Shown piece after piece: positions 45,778-52,221 of a stretch of 52,221 nucleotides of DNA. The translations under genes and the position numbers were made by a program. The first letter of the stretch is position 1. Every line of letters begins with the position of its first letter. This DNA is from an uncultured Candidatus Peribacteria bacterium. GTDB taxonomy: Bacteria; Patescibacteriota; Gracilibacteria; BD1-5; UBA6164. The stretch spans positions 16,069 to 68,289 of the forward strand of contig CAYFPB010000001.1 of assembly GCA_964344895.1 (NCBI GenBank), written 5' to 3'. The notes under the pieces are model-generated. The model did no database searches and was not told the DNA's origin. It was given only the letters and a program-made list of their open reading frames with translations.

Positions 45778-46821
45778 ATGAGATTTTGAAAAAAATTAGA
45801 TAAACCATATACAATACTTGATATATGAAATTCTTGTAATTTAAGGTGTAGCTTTTGTTATCATGATTATATTAGGGAGAAAAAAGATTTTTTTAAACCA
45901 TACTCTGAAATAAAAAAATGGATAGAAGATATATCAAAAAGGTCAAATTTTGTAATAATTTTATGATGAGAAACTTTATTACATCCAAATATATGGGATA
46001 TAATGAATGATTTTAAAAACAATTGAGTAGCTGTTTCAATTACTACATCAGGTTATTTTTTTACTGATAAAAGTTTATTAAAAAAATTATTAAAGTATGA
46101 AAACTTAACCAATCTAACTGTTTCAATACATACTATTTTTCCAGAAGATTGAGTGTGAATATATTGAGATGAATCAGTTGTTCCAAGAATTAATTCATGA
46201 ATTGATAATTTAATGGAAGCAGTAGAAAAATATAATAAATATATTTTTCTTGTTAACTCTATAACATGGAATAAATATAACTATAAAAACTTATGAAAAA
46301 CTATAAGATTTTTACATGAAAAATGATTTAATATTATACAATTATCAACAATTCATGCCTATGATTGATATGGTTTTAGTAAAAAAAATTATGATTCTTT
46401 AGTACCCTACATTTATTTAAAAAAAGTTTTTGAAGAAATTGAAGATTTGTTAGATAATGGATTTGTTTTTATAGTAAAAAGTATGCCTCTTTGTCTTCAT
46501 AGATTTTTTATAAAATATAATTATTGAATAAAAGAGTTTGTTCACTGAGATACTCATGATTCAAGAGTTGATTCAAGTGGTAGAAGTGTATGGGAAAATC
46601 AAAATAAATATAAACTTGAATTAGAAAAGTGTAAAAATTGTTATGCATATAAAAAGTACTGTTTTTGATCATATAAACATTATGATAAAAAATACTCTGA
46701 TAGAGAATTTAAATCTTTATCAAAAGAAGAAGTTATGGAATTGAAGCATAAAAAGTTTGACACTTTAAAAAATCATAATAGAAAAAAAGCTATAGAAAAA
46801 AGGAGAGATCAACTTATATAA
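45778..46821 (+). CDS. Radical SAM protein (paralog of 48866-49921)
   Basis: 347 aa. Motifs are LDIGNSCNLRCSFCYHD, ILGGETLLHP, MPLCLHRFF and CKNCYAYKKYCFG. Confidence 0.7.
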
Positions 46822-46833
46822 TAAAAAATTACA

Positions 46834-47658
46834 ATGAATGAATTAATAATTTTTTTAAAAAAATTTTTAGAGAAAGATAATTATAAATATGATAGGCTAA
46901 AATCTTATACATTAGCATTAAATCCACGGTATGACTTAAATAATAGAAGATTATATTTATCATATAAATATGCAATAAAATTTTTTGTTAAAAATTTTAA
47001 TGTATTATTAAAAAAGTATTTATTTTTTTTAAAATTATTAGACTACAAAGATGATTTATTAATTGAATATTGAGAATATAATTGATTTTATTATATTGTA
47101 GAAAATAAACTGCAAAATATATCATTTCCTCCTGTACAAGAAAATATTTTAGATTGTATGCTTAACTTTTCTTCAAAAAAAATAAAAATTTCTGATTTTC
47201 AAGATAAATGATTTTTATACTTAACTGATAGAAGTAATTATGAAGTAGTTGAAATATTAAAAACAAAAGTAGTTGAAAATTTATATGATATATTGTATAT
47301 TGAATATGAAATAATGAAGATAAAAAATAGTATTTATTCAATTGAAGAAACTAACTTATTTTTTGAAAAATTAACTTTGGCAAAAGAAAGTTTATCTGAA
47401 ATTAAATATTTATATTTAACTTCTTGAGATTTACATAATAGTAACTTTAAAAGAACTAATAATAATAAATATATTTATATAGATATTGATGAGATAGGTT
47501 TTTTAAGTTATTATTATGATATAGTAGGTTTAATTAGATATTTATGAGAAGATAATAAAGAATATATTTTTAATAGATATGAAGAAGTGTTTTGAAAAAT
47601 AGATAAAAATATTTTAGATATTTTTGTTTATTATAGGAAATTACATCATTCAGAGTAG
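46834..47658 (+). CDS. Kinase-fold (APH-like) protein
   Basis: 274 aa. YLTSGDLHNSNFKRTNNNKYIYIDIDEIGF fits hGDlHxxN ... iDfe, and the catalytic-loop Asp is present. The track ORF 46834-47073 is its 5' fragment. Confidence 0.5.
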
Positions 47659-47680
47659 ACTTATTTATAAATTATTTATA

Positions 47681-48859
47681 ATGAATAAAAGATTTTGTAT
47701 TGAGCCATTTTTAGGTTTTCTATGACATATAAATTGAAATTATGCTATTTGTTGTCTTGATAAAATAAATAGGGAGAAATGACTATTATGAAATATAAAA
47801 AATAAAGATAGTTTTAATAAGTTATGGAATTCAGAAGAATTAAAAGAAATAAGAGCAAAAATGTTAAAGTGAGAAAAAATTAAAAACTGTGAGTACTGTT
47901 ATAATGTTGAAAAAAAGTGATGAATTAGTAGAAGATTAAAATTATTAGAATTAAGAAAAGATAAGGTTAAATATATATTACAAAATACTCTTACAAATTG
48001 ATATGTTAATTATTGAATAAAAAGATTGGATTTAAGACTAAGTAATACATGTAATTTTTCATGTAGGTTTTGTGATTCATTTTTTAGTAGTAATAGAGCT
48101 AAGTTAGATAATTATTTATGATTATCTAGTAATAATAATATAAATAATTGGAATAGTCATATACTTAATAATGAAATAAGAAATATATATATTGAATTAG
48201 AAGAAGTTAGATTTGCATGATGAGAACCTTTATTAGAACAAAATCATTATGATATATTATATAACTTGATTGATTTAGGTGTTTCAAAAAATATAAATTT
48301 AATATACTCAACAAACTTATCTATTTTACCATGATTAACAAAAGGTTATGATCATTTTTTAAAAAAATGAACTAATAATATATTTGATTTATGGGATAAG
48401 TTTAAACATATAGAGCTGTGAATAAGTGTAGATTGATATAAATCTTTTTATGATTATATTAGATTATGATGAAAATGGGAAAATTTTATATATAATGTGG
48501 ATAAGGTTTTTGAAAAAAAAGAGTATCATAAGGTTTTTAAGATAACTGTTTGAAGAGAAAATATTTATAATATACCTTATCTATATATATTTTTATCTCA
48601 GTATAAAACATGAATATTTTTTATATATATTTTATCTCCACAGTATTATAAAATAACAAATATATCTAAAGAAGAAAAACTAATAATAACTAATCATTAT
48701 AAGAGATTTATAGAAAAATATTGAGAAAATACATATAATTTAAAAAAGCATTTTTTAAGAATACTTAAATTTTTAAATTCACAAGAAACTAATATTGATT
48801 TTCAAAAACAGTATAAGAGTGTTACAGAAAAAATTAATAAATTTTATAAATATATATAA
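47681..48859 (+). CDS. Radical SAM protein with an N-terminal Cys-rich (twitch/SPASM-like) domain
   Basis: 392 aa. The N-terminal FCIEPFLGFLGHINGNYAICC ... NCEYCYNVE precedes the core LSNTCNFSCRFCDS and FAGGEPLLE. Confidence 0.65.
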
Positions 48860-48865
48860 ACTATT

Positions 48866-49921
48866 ATGGACAAAATAAGTTGAAAAAAGTATGGTTTTTG
48901 AAAAAAATATGATAAACCATTTACACAGTTAGATTTATGAAATTCATGTAATTTGAGATGTAGCTTTTGTTATTATGATAGTGAAAGAAAACAAAATGAT
49001 TATTTTAAAGATCTAGATTTAATAAAAAATCAAATAAATGAAATTTGAAAAAAATCAAACTATGTATCAATTTTATGATGAGAAACATTACTTCATCCAG
49101 ATTTTTGGGAAATAATGGATATTTTAAATAATAAATGATTAATTGTAGGAGTAGTTTCTTCATGATATTTCTTTTGAGATAAGAAAATTATGAAAAAATT
49201 ATTATCATATGATAATTTAGATGTAATAACTATTTCTATTCATACAATTTTTGAAAATGAATGAGAAAAAATATATTGAGAAAAAAATATTGTAAGTAAA
49301 CTATTAAGTTGATTAGATTGATTACTTGATTGAGTTAAAAAATACAATTCTAATATAAATGTGATTAATTATATCACATGGAATAAGTATAATTATAAAA
49401 ATACACATAAAGTTATAGATTATGTTAATAATAAATGAATAAAAATTATTCAAATATCTTGAATACATGCTTATAGTTCTTTTGGATTTTCAATAAATAA
49501 TTATAACTCTTTAGTACCTTATATATTTTTAAAAAATACTTTTGAAAATATAAAACCATTATTAAATAAAGGATTGATTATAATGGTAAAAGGTTTTCCT
49601 CTGTGTGTACATAGGTTTTTCATAGATTATAATTATTGAATAAAAGAATTTATGTTTTGAGAAACATATGACTCAAAGCTTGATTCTGTTTGAGAAAAAG
49701 TATGGGATAATCAAATGGATTATAAAATTACATTAGATAAGTGTAAAAAATGTTATGCATACAAAAAATATTGTTTTTGAGTATATAAGTTTTATTATAA
49801 AAAGTATAAAGATAAAGAGTTAAAATCATTATCTAAAAGAGAAGTAGAATTATTAAAAAATAAAAAATTTGATAATTTACAGAATTATTATTCACAAAAA
49901 AATAAAAAATTATATGAGTAA
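48866..49921 (+). CDS. Radical SAM protein (paralog of 45778-46821)
   Basis: 351 aa. Motifs are LDLGNSCNLRCSFCYYD, ILGGETLLHP, FPLCVHRFF and CKKCYAYKKYCFG. Confidence 0.7.
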
Positions 49922-51779
49922 GAATCTTTACATAACATTAGTATGATGATTACCTTGGTTATATAAATCAAGTTTTTTTAGGGTTGATTGAATAGATCAT
50001 TTAAATTTATCTAGTTTATTTTGGAAAACTGTTTTTAGGCCAGACTTTTTTTTAAATGAAATAAAATGTAACAATAATAGTTTTGATAAAGAAGAACTTT
50101 TGTATATTGCAAAGAATTCACAAAAAGTTTATAAAAACCTTATTGACTTAAAGGACAAAGACATATGAATTGAAAAAATAGTTTTTTCTTTCGTTTTAAT
50201 ATATAAATTAACAAATTTGTTATCAAATAATTTTTTATCTATTAAATTTTTTGATCAATTTAAAATAAAAGAAAAACAGTTTTTTGAAAATTTAAATAAT
50301 AATATTATTTTTAGATTTTTAGAAGAAATAGAAAAATGTAATCATATAAAAAATTATGATAATATAATATTTAGAATAGATACATTAGAGCAACTATATC
50401 AAATAAAAATGATTGATAATGTTTTTTTTCAAAATAATTTAAAAGAAAAAAAGATATTCTTTTTTATTTGAGATATTATAGAGTTTGAATCAAAATCATA
50501 TTTTTTAAAATTTATAAAAAAATATGATTTTACAAAACAATATGATAAGGTATTTTTTACAAGACAAGAATTATTTAATTTTTTTAATGTTATACCAAAT
50601 AGTAAAAAATCAAAAGAAATAGCAAATGTTTGTTTGTTATGAAAAACTAGATCAGCTAAATTTTTGTTTAGCTGAGAGTGTGATTGGTGAAAATGTTATT
50701 TTTGTAATTTTTGGTATAATGAAGCAAAAAGTAAAAGTATATGAGATAAGAAAAATATTATTAATAATTTTTTAAATGATATAGAGAGAAATAGATATGA
50801 TTATATGTTAATAAGAGATCCTTCTATAACTATGGATCAGATGCTTTTACTTGCTGATGAGGTTATAAAAAGGGGAATGAAGGTAAAATTCCAAGTAAAA
50901 ACTAGATTTTCTGAAAAATATACTAAGAGTAATTGTAAAAAATTAAAAAATGCATGAATAGAATTTTTAGGAGTTTGACTTGAATCAGCTTCTACAAGAG
51001 TAAACAATTTAATGAATAAATATGATAAAGATTATGATATATCTAATTTTGATGAAATGTTAAATAATTGTAATGAGGCATGATTAAAATTACATCATTA
51101 TGTAATTTTTTGATTTCCTTCTGAAACAAAAGAAGAAGCAAACTTAACTTATAAATATTTAGAAAAAAATATTGCAAGACAAGATTTGTCTTTTTATTCA
51201 TATACAGTTTGAACTTTCTGAGTAGCTAAGTGAACTTATGTATATAATAATCCTGAAGAGTTTTGAATAAAAACTAATAAAGAAAAATTAGATATACTTG
51301 ATTATGATTTTGAAGATAGTAATTTAAATTGATACTCAAAACAAGATTATTATCATATATTAAGAGAATTAGATTTTCTTCAGTTTTTTGATTTTTCAAA
51401 TTATAAAAATTTATCAAAAGAATTCTGGTATTTTGTAGAAAAATCATGGATATTTCATTTTCAAAAATTTGAATATAAAAATAATCCTTACTTAGAATTT
51501 TCTAGAAAGAATTCTAATATAAATTTAATAAATTTATTTGATTATGATTATAAAATTGCTGAAAATATACAAATAATAAAAACAGATAAATTATTAGCTA
51601 AAAATTGGTTATCATGATATGAACTAGAAATAGATGAAAGTGTGGAAAAATTTCTTTCTAATTATAATTCAAAAATTAGTTTTATAAAAAATTGTGAGTT
51701 GCTATTATATAATTATGATAAAAAATATAAAAACCTATTATATTGATTAATAAAAATGTATTTTTTTATAAAAAAATAA
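49914..51779 (+). CDS. Large radical SAM-like protein with atypical CX4CX2C motif and ~250-aa N-terminal domain
   Basis: 621 aa. FSGECDWGKCYFCNF is encoded tgt gat tgg tga aaa tgt tat ttt tgt (50679-50705). Downstream are GIEFLGVGLESAS and HHYVIFGFPSETKEE, which resemble the layout of B12-binding-type (class B) rSAM enzymes. The class assignment is unverified. Confidence 0.55.
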
Positions 51780-51868
51780 TATAATATAATAATTTGATTT
51801 TTATAAAAAAATAAATATATTATAGACTGAAAAATAATGGAATTGTAATAAATATAATTATATATAAT

Positions 51869-52221
51869 ATGGCAAAAAAATTTCCAAAAATAAAATCCGG
51901 TTTAAATAAGTTTTTACTTGAAGAAGAAGTATCTATTTCAAAAAAAGATGCTTTACTTATGTGAGCTTGAGCATTGGTAGCTTGAGCTGTAGTTTGAGAA
52001 ACGGAGGTTGATACAAGTTCTTGAATAAACAATGTAGAAGCTTGAAATGATTGTAATTCTAATAGAGTATCTACATTGTGATGACACTGTAGTGCATTAT
52101 ATAATGAATGAAATATAGGTAAACATAGTAGCCATGGTTCACATGGAAGTCATGGATCACATGGAAGTCATGGATCACATGGAAGTCACGGTTCACATGG
52201 AAGCCATGGTTCACATGGAAG
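51869..52221 (+). CDS. hxsA: His-Xaa-Ser repeat protein (HxsA-like), copy 2; 3' end runs off the window
   Basis: Read codon by codon. The N-terminus is MAKKFPKIKSGLNKFLLEEEVSISKKDALLMGAGALVAGAVVGE, which compares with KKIFPKIKKKLRGFITEESGKISKKDALGLAACSALL at 3665. It is followed by ...GKHSS and at least 9 consecutive HGS units up to the last base. Confidence 0.75.
52133..52221 (+). repeat. In-frame 9-nt tandem repeat encoding (His-Gly-Ser), at least 9 full units, truncated by the window end
   Basis: The units are catggttca catggaagt catggatca catggaagt catggatca catggaagt cacggttca catggaagc catggttca catggaag. Confidence 0.95.

Noticed and set aside
1-52221. Interpretation as decayed, pseudogene-rich or largely non-coding DNA, because the standard code gives only short ORFs
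   Set aside because: The interruptions are exclusively TGA and sit on conserved Gly positions. With TGA=Gly, the long ORFs I checked codon by codon are uninterrupted and end in TAA/TAG.
1-52221. Translation table 4 (UGA=Trp, Mollicutes-like), given the low GC content
   Set aside because: TGA occupies invariant glycines (Walker A GKGGIGKS, GGEP, CAGRG, VCGGF, GGSEFGPRALG). Conserved Trp positions use TGG. Trp at those Gly positions would destroy the motifs.
1-52221. Prophage, transposon, integron or other mobile element; also rRNA and tRNA genes
   Set aside because: No integrase, transposase, recombinase, capsid or terminase-like protein and no terminal inverted repeats were recognised in any table-25 ORF. 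The only element-associated hint is the weak DinD-like ORF. No stretch looks like a structured RNA gene, and the few intergenic gaps are at most 180 bp and A/T-only. tRNA detection by eye is unreliable, so a tRNA scan is still advisable.

Overview
This AT-rich 52.2 kb window only makes sense if UGA is read as glycine. That is translation table 25, used by Gracilibacteria and Absconditabacteria/SR1 of the Candidate Phyla Radiation. Under the standard code used for the supplied ORF track it looks almost non-coding. Under table 25 nearly all of it is coding, and the intergenic gaps I find sum to roughly 1 kb. I count about 47 genes. They lie in four plus-strand operon-like blocks (1405-24015, 25062-32387, 33859-36742, 40513 to the window end) separated by three minus-strand genes.

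The dominant content is one very large candidate peptide or natural-product maturation locus. It contains:
- at least 22 radical SAM (rSAM) proteins, each with a visible Cys motif;
- two His-Xaa-Ser-type repeat proteins (HxsA-like, with C-terminal HGS repeats) and HxsB- and HxsD-like partners;
- two HemN-like rSAMs;
- three NodU/CmcH/TobZ-type carbamoyltransferase paralogs, one fused to an rSAM domain;
- a nitrogenase-like trio (one NifH-like ATPase plus two NifD/K-type subunits);
- a nitroreductase-fold protein, a DUF3050-like protein, an ankyrin-repeat protein, two kinase-fold proteins, two Rossmann proteins and two lipoproteins.

Two large secreted Ig-repeat surface proteins and an A24 prepilin-peptidase-like membrane protein are interspersed.

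I see no rRNA, tRNA, CRISPR array, transposase or integrase. All calls come from manual table-25 translation and motif recognition from memory, with no searches run. I hand-checked reading frames for internal TAA/TAG in 12 genes: 1-1272, 1405, 2161, 4040, 12858, 19994, 27772, 29399, 30643, 36146, 36768-40370 and 40707, and 43207. The others rest on by-eye translation and on the length to the stop being in frame.
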